A stretch of 45,709 nt of DNA from an uncultured Candidatus Saccharibacteria bacterium (GTDB lineage Bacteria; Patescibacteriota; Minisyncoccia; 2-02-FULL-40-12; GWA2-44-9), in the NCBI GenBank assembly GCA_964587505.1, contig CAZPLD010000001.1, positions 1 through 45,709 on the forward strand. The letters run 5' to 3'. A program made the translations under genes and the position numbers. A model generated the notes under the pieces. That model was not told the origin of the DNA, made no database searches, and saw nothing but the letters and a program-made list of their open reading frames with translations. Position 1 is the first letter of the stretch. The number at the start of each line of letters is the position of its first letter. Below, one piece after another: positions 26,557 to 34,673 of the stretch.

Positions 26557-26955
26557 TTACTTCCTAAAGAAACGCCATCCTCTTGAAACTTGACCATCCT
26601 TCTCTTCTCTGTCGTAAACATAGCTCCCAACCTTCTCGGGCTTAATCTTGTTGCCATTGGGAACAGAGGCAACCGCAGATTCAACGCTTGCTCTTACACC
26701 ACCTAACGGAAGCATGGCATAAACTTCGCTATTTGGTGCGATGTCGAAAGGCCACCACTCTTTTACGCCGTTCGGGAACTTTACCAAGAGAGTAACTTGC
26801 AACGGAGAGCCGGTGTTGTTTTCCAAAAAATAAGGAAGCGTCTGGACTTTGGCCAAAGGCCTTTGCTCGTAATACGGACGATGATACATCTGAGCACTGG
26901 CCAAAACGGGAAGAGCAAACAAAAAGACCAAAGAAATGAGAACTGATTTCCTCAT
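26557..26955 (-). CDS. Hypothetical secreted protein (132 aa)
   Basis: Signal peptide MRKSVLISLVFLFALPVLASAQ. Own TTGACA-16-TAGAAT promoter. gaggaaag SD. Confidence 0.6.
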   Translation of the reverse strand: MRKSVLISLVFLFALPVLASAQMYHRPYYEQRPLAKVQTLPYFLENNTGSPLQVTLLVKFPNGVKEWWPFDIAPNSEVYAMLPLGGVRASVESAVASVPNGNKIKPEKVGSYVYDREEKDGQVSRGWRFFRK

Positions 26956-27023
26956 GTGACTTTCCTCAATATTTCAAACAACCTCCACCATTCTATACAA
27001 CTATTAAGTTTTGTCAACTTAAA

Positions 27024-27389
27024 CTAAACATCTATGTTTTTATAGTGTCTTATTTTGGCCATATCTCTTGGCTCGTCCAATCCTATTGAAATTACATCGA
27101 TTTGCCATTCCTGCAACGGACTATATTTCTTTTCGGCAAGATAAGTCCTTGCGGTTCGGACGACCTTAATGATCTTAGAACTATTGGCCCTCAACTCCGG
27201 CTCAAAGCCGGAAATTATTTTTCTGTTGGCTTTAACTTCAACAAACACCAAAATCCCCTCTTTTAAAGCAATGATATCTATCTCGCCCCACGGTTTTCTG
27301 TAATTTAGTTCTAATATGGCGTATCCCTTCTTCTCTAAATACCGGGCAGCCAAGTTTTCCGCCAAAAATCCCAGTTCGGATGTGCTCAT
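27024..27389 (-). CDS. yraN: YraN family (UPF0102) endonuclease-like protein
   Basis: GFLAENLAARYLEKKGY...GEIDIIA...VFVEVK pattern. Confidence 0.85.
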   Translation of the reverse strand: MSTSELGFLAENLAARYLEKKGYAILELNYRKPWGEIDIIALKEGILVFVEVKANRKIISGFEPELRANSSKIIKVVRTARTYLAEKKYSPLQEWQIDVISIGLDEPRDMAKIRHYKNIDV

Positions 27390-27485
27390 TTGGCCAAATT
27401 ATCACCTTTTTCTTGTCCACACAACAAATTGACTTTTGGACCTCGAAAATGCTAAACTCAAGAGGTAATTCTCGCAAGAGGATTT

Positions 27486-28694
27486 TTGCTTAATAGAGAG
27501 TCATTTAACTTAAAAACGATTAGTAAATTACTCAAAAAAATCACAGCCCTTTTGCATAAAAGCCGAGGGGAAGGGTCGTTTTGGCCTAAATTTAAAAGCT
27601 TCACCGAAAGCCGTTTGTTTAACTTTTATGGAACATTGGCTTTGGTACTTTTGGTTTTAATATTCAAGGGAACAAGTAAAGGTCAGGACACCCTATTCAG
27701 TGATTTACTAAAGAAAACCATAGAAGAAACTTCTGCTTCAATAATCAATATTACTCAATCCCAGAACCAATTAGCCGATATTAACAGTTTAGTAGCTCTA
27801 AGCGGCCAGAATCTTGGCCGTGGAGGAGAAGATTCCAACAACCTTGACCCATCAACAATTCAAGAAAACTCCTTAATGGCCAGTAATCCTACCGCAACGG
27901 ATTATATTGAGGCCGGCTTTAAAAGCAATCAAATTGCAGAATACACTGTCCAGTCAGGAGATCTTTTATCTTTTATAGCTTCCGACTATGGGGTAAGTGT
28001 TGCTTCCATAATGTGGGCAAACAATTTAGCCAATGCCAATAGTATTTACCCGGGGCAAATTTTAAGAATCCCTCCAGTTTCAGGAGTCATACACAAGGTT
28101 AAAAACGGAGATACGGTGGTCTCAATTGCCAAGAAATACGGGGTTGAGCCAGACAAAATATTATCCTTCAATAACCGAAAAGAGGGTCAGCCATTGGATA
28201 TTAATGAGGAAATAATCGTTCCGGATGGGCAGATTAAGTCGCTTGTTGTAACTAAATCTGGAACGCAATCGGCAATAGCCCAGAGGTTTTCAAACCTCCC
28301 TGATTTGGGTGATTATATTTTGGTTCCCACCAAAGGACGGATTAGCCAATGGATTCATGGGAGAAATGGGGTAGATATAGCCGCTTCTTGTGGCACTAGT
28401 ATTTTTGCGCCTGCTGATGCTACTGTCGCAATTGCTGATATCAGCGGCTACAACGCAGGATTTGGCATGTACATTAAACTCATTCATACGAATAGTCCCA
28501 ATGGGATTCAGGCCGAGTCAGTTTTAGCCCATTTATCAAAATCATTAGTGAAAACAGGGGATTCGGTAAAAAAAGGCCAATTAATAGCCCTAATGGGATC
28601 TACCGGCCGTTCTACAGGTTGCCATCTCCACTGGGAAGCCCACGGCTACAAACTACCATTAACCAACCTCCGAATAGGTTCATATTTTAAATAA
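27486..28694 (+). CDS. LysM-domain M23 family metallopeptidase
   Basis: N-terminal TM segment. Two LysM-like repeats (YTVQSGDLLSFIASDYGV, HKVKNGDTVVSIAKKYGV). M23 motifs HGRNGVDIA and STGCHLHWE. TTG start as in the track. Confidence 0.85.
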   Translation: MLNRESFNLKTISKLLKKITALLHKSRGEGSFWPKFKSFTESRLFNFYGTLALVLLVLIFKGTSKGQDTLFSDLLKKTIEETSASIINITQSQNQLADINSLVALSGQNLGRGGEDSNNLDPSTIQENSLMASNPTATDYIEAGFKSNQIAEYTVQSGDLLSFIASDYGVSVASIMWANNLANANSIYPGQILRIPPVSGVIHKVKNGDTVVSIAKKYGVEPDKILSFNNRKEGQPLDINEEIIVPDGQIKSLVVTKSGTQSAIAQRFSNLPDLGDYILVPTKGRISQWIHGRNGVDIAASCGTSIFAPADATVAIADISGYNAGFGMYIKLIHTNSPNGIQAESVLAHLSKSLVKTGDSVKKGQLIALMGSTGRSTGCHLHWEAHGYKLPLTNLRIGSYFK

Positions 28695-28719
28695 AGTGTT
28701 CCGCACGGAACAGCCGCTC

Positions 28720-28818
28720 AACCCTAACCCATTCTCGGGCACGGCATAAATTCCTACTGGAATTTTGCCTCGTACTCACTCCGTCGAGTTCTGTAAGTCC
28801 CTCTAATGGATTAGGGTT
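28720..28818. other. 99-nt rod-like inverted-repeat element after the LysM-M23 gene
   Basis: Outer arms aaccctaacccatt / aatggattagggtt (1 mismatch). Inner arms ggcataaattcc / ggaattttgcc. Confidence 0.4.
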
Positions 28819-28837
28819 TCGCTCATTTTTGAAAATA

Positions 28838-28888
28838 AAAAAACCCGCCTTTCAGCGGATAAAACAAGAGCCCGCTGGGAGCGGGCTC
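28838..28888 (-). terminator. Tandem terminators of the 62-aa gene
   Basis: Minus strand: gagcccgc-tccca-gcgggctc plus ttgtttt, then ccgc-tgaaag-gcgg plus T7. Confidence 0.6.
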
Positions 28889-28902
28889 CGTCGCGGGCAG
28901 TG

Positions 28903-29091
28903 TCATTCATGGCGAGGCAGGGCGCCGAGGTATTCATTGAGTTCCTCAACCCACTGTTGATTGATGGGCCAATTGGCTTCAAGACATCTCTCGATTGTTG
29001 CCTTCAATTCGGTAATTCTTGCCCCTCTAATCTGTTCCTCCCAAATGATTCTGGGTACAATCCCAATAGGTGGTGCTAAAGTACGATTCAT
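28903..29091 (-). CDS. Hypothetical small protein (62 aa)
   Basis: GGGAGG SD lies 4 nt before the ATG. Dedicated promoter and terminators. Confidence 0.5.
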   Translation of the reverse strand: MNRTLAPPIGIVPRIIWEEQIRGARITELKATIERCLEANWPINQQWVEELNEYLGALPRHE

Positions 29092-29131
29092 ACTGCCTCC
29101 CTGTGGTCAGGTTTGCTGTCAGAATATTTAT

Positions 29132-29161
29132 ATCATACAACATCCAAGGATATCTTGTCAA
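29132..29161 (-). promoter_or_regulatory. Promoter of the 62-aa gene
   Basis: Minus strand: TTGACA (29161..29156), 18 nt, TATGAT (29137..29132). Confidence 0.55.
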
Positions 29162-29165
29162 CCAA

Positions 29166-29185
29166 CCAAAAACCGGCCTTTTGAG
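29166..29185 (-). promoter_or_regulatory. Conserved 20-nt promoter-upstream element, copy A
   Basis: Minus strand CTCAAAAGGCCGGTTTTTGG. Near-identical copies at 34638..34657 and 35105..35125. Confidence 0.5.
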
Positions 29186-29220
29186 ACGATTTATATTACT
29201 TCAACGAAAGATGATAATGG

Positions 29221-29365
29221 TTTAGCGACCAGCCATATACCCACAGGGAGAACTTGCGCAGGCATTTCGGCTTGGTTCTTCGAAACGCCGAGCATGTAGA
29301 TAGCGCCGAGCCGCTGGAGCGAGACGACTATCGGTCGAGTCGGGGGTATGTGGCTGGGAGCTAAA
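29221..29365. other. 145-nt GC-rich rod-like inverted-repeat element abutting the comM stop
   Basis: Arms tttagcgaccagccatataccc / gggtatgtggctgggagctaaa, with further internal pairings. Confidence 0.4.
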
Positions 29366-29367
29366 CA

Positions 29368-30900
29368 CTATGCTAGCTCGCTTAACATTTTTTCGTTCAT
29401 GCGCAGATTTACCGCTTCGGCGACATGTTCCTCTTTGATTGATTCCGAGCCGTCCAAATCAGCGATGGTACGAGCTAATTTCTTGGTCTTATGATATGCC
29501 CTCAACGACTGGTTCTTTGAGTTAATGGCCTGTTTGAGCAGATTCTCGGCTCCTTTGTCCAAAACACAGTATTTATCTATGTTTTTATAGTCAATCTCGG
29601 AATTAGCCAAAAGGATTGTATTCTTGAATCTTGATAGCTGAACTTCTTTGGCTTTATTGATTTGAGCTTTGATCTCCGCCATTTTTATCTCTTTTGGGGG
29701 ATATACTTGGCCAACTGTTTCGCGCGGAACATTTATCTGGATATCTATCCTGTCCAGCAACGGCCCTGATACTTTCTTTCTGTATTTTAAAATTTGAGTT
29801 GGGGAGCAATAGCAAACGCCCTTTTCCTCGCCAAAATTACCGCAGGGACAAGCATTCATTGCGGCCACTAAAGTGAAGTTGGCCGGCAAAATAACCGAAC
29901 TCGAAGCTCTGGAGACAGAGATTGTGCCTTCTTCTAGTGGTTGTCTTAAGCTTTCCAGGACATTTCTAGGAAATTCTGGAAGCTCATCCAGAAATAAAAC
30001 CCCTCTGTGGGCCAAGCTTATCTCTCCCGGTTTTGGCCACGTACCCCCTCCGACCATTGCCGGAGCAGATGTTGTATGGTGCGGACTTCTGAAGGGCCGT
30101 TTGAAAGATAGGGGAGAGTTCTTATAAAGTCCGACTGAACTGTATATCTTGGCCACCTCAATTGCCTCTTCAAAAGACATTTTAGGCAATAATTCCGCAA
30201 GAGCTTTGGCAAGCAATGTCTTACCGGAACCCGGGGGACCTGACATGAGAATATTGTGGGCTCCGGCCGCAGCAATAATAAGGGCCCTTTTGGCTGTTTC
30301 CTGGCCTTTTATAGACAATAGCAGGCCATCATCGGTTTCATCCAAAAGTTGGGACTCCTTCATCCGCTGGCTGGACAATGGCCGTGTGTTATTGAGATGG
30401 TCAAAAACTTCTTTTACATTCTTTGCTCCAACAACATTAAGACCTTGAACTATCTGGGCTTCAGCAAGATTGGAATAGGGGACTACCAGCTCTTTAAAAC
30501 CAAGCTTTTTGGCCAAAATTGCCGAAGCCAAGATGCCATTGGTGTGTTTTAAAGAACCATCCAAAGAAAGCTCGCCAACAAATAGTTTTTTGGAAGAATC
30601 GAACTGAACTTGTTTGGTCTCCATCAGGTAGCCGACGGCAATGGGTAAATCGTAAGAAGGACCTTCTTTTTTGAGGTCAGCCGGAGCCAAATTTATAATA
30701 ATTTTCCTATGTTTCGAGTTAGGTGCCGCAAGTGAGCTGTTTTTGATAGCCGAGGCAATCCTGTCCTTTGACTCTTGGACCGCTTTATCGGGAAGCCCGA
30801 CAATATTAAAAGCATGAATACCGGGAGTGGAGTCAACTTCCACTTCTATGAGCTGGGCATCTATGCCGTTTATTGCTGAAGAAAAAAGTCGTATGGACAA
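29368..30900 (-). CDS. comM: YifB/ComM family Mg-chelatase-like AAA+ ATPase
   Basis: N-terminal Lon-protease-like fold segment. Walker A GPPGSGKT. GVLFLDELPEF. TTG start. Confidence 0.9.
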   Translation of the reverse strand: MSIRLFSSAINGIDAQLIEVEVDSTPGIHAFNIVGLPDKAVQESKDRIASAIKNSSLAAPNSKHRKIIINLAPADLKKEGPSYDLPIAVGYLMETKQVQFDSSKKLFVGELSLDGSLKHTNGILASAILAKKLGFKELVVPYSNLAEAQIVQGLNVVGAKNVKEVFDHLNNTRPLSSQRMKESQLLDETDDGLLLSIKGQETAKRALIIAAAGAHNILMSGPPGSGKTLLAKALAELLPKMSFEEAIEVAKIYSSVGLYKNSPLSFKRPFRSPHHTTSAPAMVGGGTWPKPGEISLAHRGVLFLDELPEFPRNVLESLRQPLEEGTISVSRASSSVILPANFTLVAAMNACPCGNFGEEKGVCYCSPTQILKYRKKVSGPLLDRIDIQINVPRETVGQVYPPKEIKMAEIKAQINKAKEVQLSRFKNTILLANSEIDYKNIDKYCVLDKGAENLLKQAINSKNQSLRAYHKTKKLARTIADLDGSESIKEEHVAEAVNLRMNEKMLSELA

Positions 30901-30927
30901 AAAAGCGCATCGCCCCTCCTGCGATAG

Positions 30928-31335
30928 TTAGAATTGCTGTTTACTGTAGGTGCCTTCCTTAATCTGTTTCTTTGTTTTAATTACCTCGTTAAGACGAGCC
31001 TCTAATTCGCTCGCCATGATCAGATTTCTATCCAGATCGGTAGCTTCATGGGCGTTCTCGTCTTCATCTTCCCCGTAATTGGGAACCTTAACTTCGTAAT
31101 CGCCCTTAACCATGGGGTTTTTTTGGGCTATAACATCAAGCTGGGTCCTTAAAGACTTCTCTTCTGCCTCAAGATCCTCATATAATTTTTGTAATTCTTC
31201 CTTCGTCATATTGGTATAAACATAATAACCGTAATCTTTTAATAAAGCAATCAAATTAGATTCGATTGTAGCTGGCTTGGCCAAGAATGAAGCAGGGCTT
31301 AAAAACTTTCTGCGTTTGAACCAAGTTCGAGGCAA
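30928..31335 (-). CDS. DksA/TraR-like coiled-coil protein lacking the C4 zinc finger
   Basis: The coiled-coil region ends ...IKEGTYSKQQF*, where the family normally continues GTYGxCxxCG. The start is uncertain (TTG at 31335 or ATG at Met43). Confidence 0.45.
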   Translation of the reverse strand: MPRTWFKRRKFLSPASFLAKPATIESNLIALLKDYGYYVYTNMTKEELQKLYEDLEAEEKSLRTQLDVIAQKNPMVKGDYEVKVPNYGEDEDENAHEATDLDRNLIMASELEARLNEVIKTKKQIKEGTYSKQQF

Positions 31336-31632
31336 AATTGAGCATTCGACTGAGGCATATTACAATATGGCGAAGGAGAAGCGGAAATTTTAACGATGAA
31401 ATTGGTCAAACCTGAAAGGCATGCCGTAGGCCCGTAACGAAGTGGGGCCAGACATGCGCAAAAGTTTTAAATCAAAAAGGCGTAGAACGCCCCTAATAAA
31501 ATATGTAGTGTGGGCTCTACGCCTTGTATCTGAAAGCCAGTGATCCAATAACAACTCAAATCACCAGCAACAAAGATCTGAACTAATTATATAAAAGTGT
31601 TGGTGACACAGCAAGTGCCAAACTGTGGATAA

Positions 31633-31679
31633 GGTGACACCATTAACTCATGGTGACATTTTCTTGGTGTCACCATTAA
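31633..31679. repeat. GGTGWCACCATTAA direct repeats (core of a GGTGACAC motif cluster)
   Basis: GGTGACACCATTAA at 31633..31646 and GGTGTCACCATTAA at 31666..31679. Related copies at 31602, 31652 and 31776. Confidence 0.6.
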
Positions 31680-31706
31680 AAGTTAGCCAATAATGCCATT
31701 TTATTA

Positions 31707-31739
31707 AACAACCAGCCACTTAGCGGCTGGTTGTTTTTA
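31707..31739. terminator. 11-bp-stem terminator-like hairpin
   Basis: aacaaccagcc-acttagc-ggctggttgtt. The T-run is on the plus strand. It lies 45 nt past the methyltransferase stop on the minus strand. Confidence 0.55.
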
Positions 31740-31783
31740 TTAAATTCTGATAGTGACAACAGGTTGTAAACAGGTGGTGTCAC

Positions 31784-32653
31784 CTATGGAATACGCACAA
31801 CTTCTGGAGAAAATCCAATCTTGTTTTGTATTGACGAGAGGGCTTCTTTGTTTATCTCAATGCCGGTACAATCCCGATTTAGCTGTTTGGCTACTTTCAT
31901 GGTGGTCCCGGATCCCAGAAATGGGTCCAAGATACTATCGCCAGGCCGGGTAAATTTTTGGATAAGCCTGACTGCAATCTCTTCCGGACATTCTGTTGCA
32001 TAATGAGTAAATGCATGATCATCTTTTACCAAGGTTTTTTTTGCAATTTTTGTCATAAAATTAGGTATGGGTAGCCTGTGTTGTAATTCGAACATGGCCC
32101 TAAACAATATCCTTGAACCGGCTAACTTGGGATGGGTTTTGTGGTTCCAAATAGGATTCCAATATAGATCCCTGAGCGCATCTTCAATCAAATCGTGGTT
32201 TTGTGGGTTTAAACCTTGTTTTTGAAACACCAAAACATACTGAAATCGGGTACTGTTCTTTGCTGATGTGTCCAATGAGCCCCTATTTTTGTGAAGATAC
32301 CTGTCCCAGACACCAATGCTTCTAAGGGGGAGCTGGCTGGGCATAGATTTAATCAAGTCATCATGAAAGGGGATATATACAAGACAATCTTTGTCTTTGC
32401 GAAAAAAATCATGAACCCAGATAGCTAAAATACCGCCTTCTTTAAGGGTATGGCAACATCCTTGCCAGACTTTTGATATTGATCTTAAGAATTCTGTATA
32501 ATCTTCAATTGCGCTAAGCTGGCCCCGATCTTGCGAGTATATAACCTCATTCCAATAGGGCGGACCGGAAAGAACCAAGTCAAACTGATTTGCCGGCAAA
32601 AAAGACTGCATTTTAACGGCATCTCCAATGAAAACTTTAGTTTCTGTATTCAT
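31784..32653 (-). CDS. Beta-class N4/N6 DNA methyltransferase (N6_N4_Mtase type)
   Basis: Motif IV-like SGPPYW near the N-terminus and the AdoMet motif DPFLGSGTT near the C-terminus (beta-class order). Confidence 0.85.
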   Translation of the reverse strand: MNTETKVFIGDAVKMQSFLPANQFDLVLSGPPYWNEVIYSQDRGQLSAIEDYTEFLRSISKVWQGCCHTLKEGGILAIWVHDFFRKDKDCLVYIPFHDDLIKSMPSQLPLRSIGVWDRYLHKNRGSLDTSAKNSTRFQYVLVFQKQGLNPQNHDLIEDALRDLYWNPIWNHKTHPKLAGSRILFRAMFELQHRLPIPNFMTKIAKKTLVKDDHAFTHYATECPEEIAVRLIQKFTRPGDSILDPFLGSGTTMKVAKQLNRDCTGIEINKEALSSIQNKIGFSPEVVRIP

Positions 32654-32740
32654 GGTCTATATAAATTCTCAAATTTTAAGCCAAGACACAAGCTGAATGG
32701 TCTCAAGAAGAGGAAAGGGGCTGTGTAATTGTCTATGAGA

Positions 32741-34102
32741 TTAAGGAGTTACAAGAGCATCGATAACCGCCCTAAAAGAGTCTCTGGAAGACCCGAGTAT
32801 TAAGTAATTTTGAAATATTGCATATGCAACCCCGAGATCTTTGTCCGGTATCCTCACGAAACGGAAATTAATGTTTGAGTAGACATCCGAAGTAAAAGCT
32901 AAATTGGAAGAAGGATTACTAATGTTGAAAAGTTTAGCAAGATCGCTAATCATTTTCGGCTCCCATGCATTCATTAGAGTGGTGGCCGAATCGTTGTCTT
33001 TCTGTGTTATTACAATGAATGGTCGCGCAGTAGAACTTCCCAATTGGCCATACAACCCAAATACCCACTCTTTGGTATCTAAAAGTCCAGTAGAATCGTT
33101 GAGTGTTGATGTGTCTATTGAAAGTTTAGTTAGAAATTCTTTAAAGCTATATTTAGACTGATTTTCATCAACAATATCAAATAATTTTATTTGACTTATG
33201 GCTGGCCGCCTGGCATTCATTTCGGCGGTTAATGCTGTCAAAAAGACGCTCGTTGAAGGAATGGAAACTTTTTCTACAATTCCAAGCTTGGCAAGCGGGG
33301 AAAGAATTGGTGTTGGTGTTACTGTCGGGGTCGGTGTAGGGGTTTCTATAACAACTTCAGGAGATAGTGTTCTTAAAACAAAGAACCAATATGAAAATCC
33401 TGCAACAAGAACCACGACGCCGATCCCGATAAATAACATATCGCGGTTGCCGCCCTTTTGTTCTTCTTGAGGAACGTAAATTTTCGGAGCCGGCGCTGGT
33501 CCTCCTGCCTTCGGAGCAGACGGAATCTTTGGAACATTAATGCCCGGAACGGTCTTGGGCGGAGCTATGGGAGCCGATTTTTGAGTTTCACCAAGGTTAA
33601 CGCTTGGAACCTTGAACTGTTGACTTGGCATTGCTGGTTTAGGAGGCATCGGTGGCGGAGGTGTAGCTGGAACAACCTGTTCAACCTTTCTGGGAACAGG
33701 AACTCCCATTGGCTGTTGGCCTTGCTTAAGCTTAGAAATGTCTTCATTCATCGTTCTTATAGAAGATTGATACTCTTTTACTCCTGGAGTTGGCAGTGGA
33801 GCGGTTGGAGAAGGAGCAGGTGCCGGTTTGGGCTGGTTAAACGGCTGGGGGGAAACATTAAACTGAGGCTTTGGCATTTCTGGTTTTGTCGGAACCGGAG
33901 GAGGTGGGGTTGATCTCGGCGCCATTGGAGGCGGCATCGGCGGTTTTGCCAAAGGTCCTGAGTCCATCGAAGGAGAGGTCGGGAAAGGAGGCTTCAGTGT
34001 TTGTGGTATAGGGGTAGGTGCCGCTGGACTTGTAGAGCTTTTGCTTAATTCTCTGACCAAGTCGTTTATGTCCATTGTCTTTGGCTTCTGATCATCTGCC
34101 AT
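32741..34102 (-). CDS. Proline-rich single-pass membrane protein (453 aa)
   Basis: About 220 aa of Pro-rich N-terminal region, TM segment MLFIGIGVVVLVAGFSYWFFVL, then a globular C-terminal domain. Confidence 0.7.
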   Translation of the reverse strand: MADDQKPKTMDINDLVRELSKSSTSPAAPTPIPQTLKPPFPTSPSMDSGPLAKPPMPPPMAPRSTPPPPVPTKPEMPKPQFNVSPQPFNQPKPAPAPSPTAPLPTPGVKEYQSSIRTMNEDISKLKQGQQPMGVPVPRKVEQVVPATPPPPMPPKPAMPSQQFKVPSVNLGETQKSAPIAPPKTVPGINVPKIPSAPKAGGPAPAPKIYVPQEEQKGGNRDMLFIGIGVVVLVAGFSYWFFVLRTLSPEVVIETPTPTPTVTPTPILSPLAKLGIVEKVSIPSTSVFLTALTAEMNARRPAISQIKLFDIVDENQSKYSFKEFLTKLSIDTSTLNDSTGLLDTKEWVFGLYGQLGSSTARPFIVITQKDNDSATTLMNAWEPKMISDLAKLFNISNPSSNLAFTSDVYSNINFRFVRIPDKDLGVAYAIFQNYLILGSSRDSFRAVIDALVTP

Positions 34103-34285
34103 GCGATAATTGTCCGCGAATGCAGTGAGTGGTTACAATTATCAGCACCCGCCTTAGGCGGGTAACCTTTTGTACCCAATCGTTTCACTCTTGGACAAAA
34201 ATTTAATTCTTAAAGTCATTTTAACACAATCATAAAATAAGTTGTAAACACACAAACAAAAAACCGAGAATATCTCGGCTGTGTA

Positions 34286-34516
34286 TTAAGCAGTTAACTC
34301 TTTCAAAATTCCCACCATTTGTTCAAGCTGACCAATACGCCGTTGAATTACCTCCCTAAATGCGTTCTGGCAACTTTCATTTGTCTCCCAATATGCAAGA
34401 AATTCTACGCTTACATTTTTCATGTTATCTACAAGTTTTCTAAAGTCGTCTCTAAATTTTTCAGGCAGATTGTCGATAATTTTTTCTGTTCGATCCTGTT
34501 CTTCAGGATTGTCCAA
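34286..34516 (-). CDS. Hypothetical small helical protein (76 aa), TTG start uncertain
   Basis: ORF track. Terminator ccgaga-tat-tctcgg plus T6 downstream and a promoter about 90 nt upstream. No SD. Confidence 0.45.
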   Translation of the reverse strand: MDNPEEQDRTEKIIDNLPEKFRDDFRKLVDNMKNVSVEFLAYWETNESCQNAFREVIQRRIGQLEQMVGILKELTA

Positions 34517-34607
34517 ACTATCTAACTAACAAATCATTCAGCTTGACCAATAGCACTGCCTTCGATACCATGGTTTTTATTCCTTTTGTAAATAACTATG
34601 TAAGATT

Positions 34608-34657
34608 CTTATATCCCTTATCAGAAAACTTGTCAAACCAAAAATCGGCCTTTTGAG
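34608..34657 (-). promoter_or_regulatory. Promoter plus conserved upstream element, copy B
   Basis: Minus strand: CTCAAAAGGCCGATTTTTGG (34657..34638), TTGACA (34636..34631), 17 nt, TATAAG (34613..34608). Confidence 0.5.
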
Positions 34658-34673
34658 CTAATAAGAATCATAC

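Noticed and set aside
30898-30921. A strong GGAGG plus ATG (30910..30908) upstream of comM, one nucleotide out of frame with the comM ORF across a T6 run.
   Set aside because: This could be a homopolymer sequencing error, a 25-codon uORF or coincidence. A TTG start at 30900 already gives a canonical YifB N-terminus (MSIRLFSSAINGIDA...). It cannot be resolved from sequence alone.
31624-31632. A perfect DnaA-box 9-mer (tgtggataa, equivalent to TTATCCACA) in the noncoding region beside the methyltransferase, considered as a possible replication origin.
   Set aside because: It is a single copy. One perfect 9-mer in 45.7 kb on two strands is not far from chance expectation. There is no dnaA or dnaN nearby and no box cluster.
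31753-32003. Plus-strand ORFs 31753..31953 and 31821..32003 as a possible restriction or controller partner of the methyltransferase.
   Set aside because: They are antisense to the methyltransferase C-terminal coding region, have no SD and give implausible translations.
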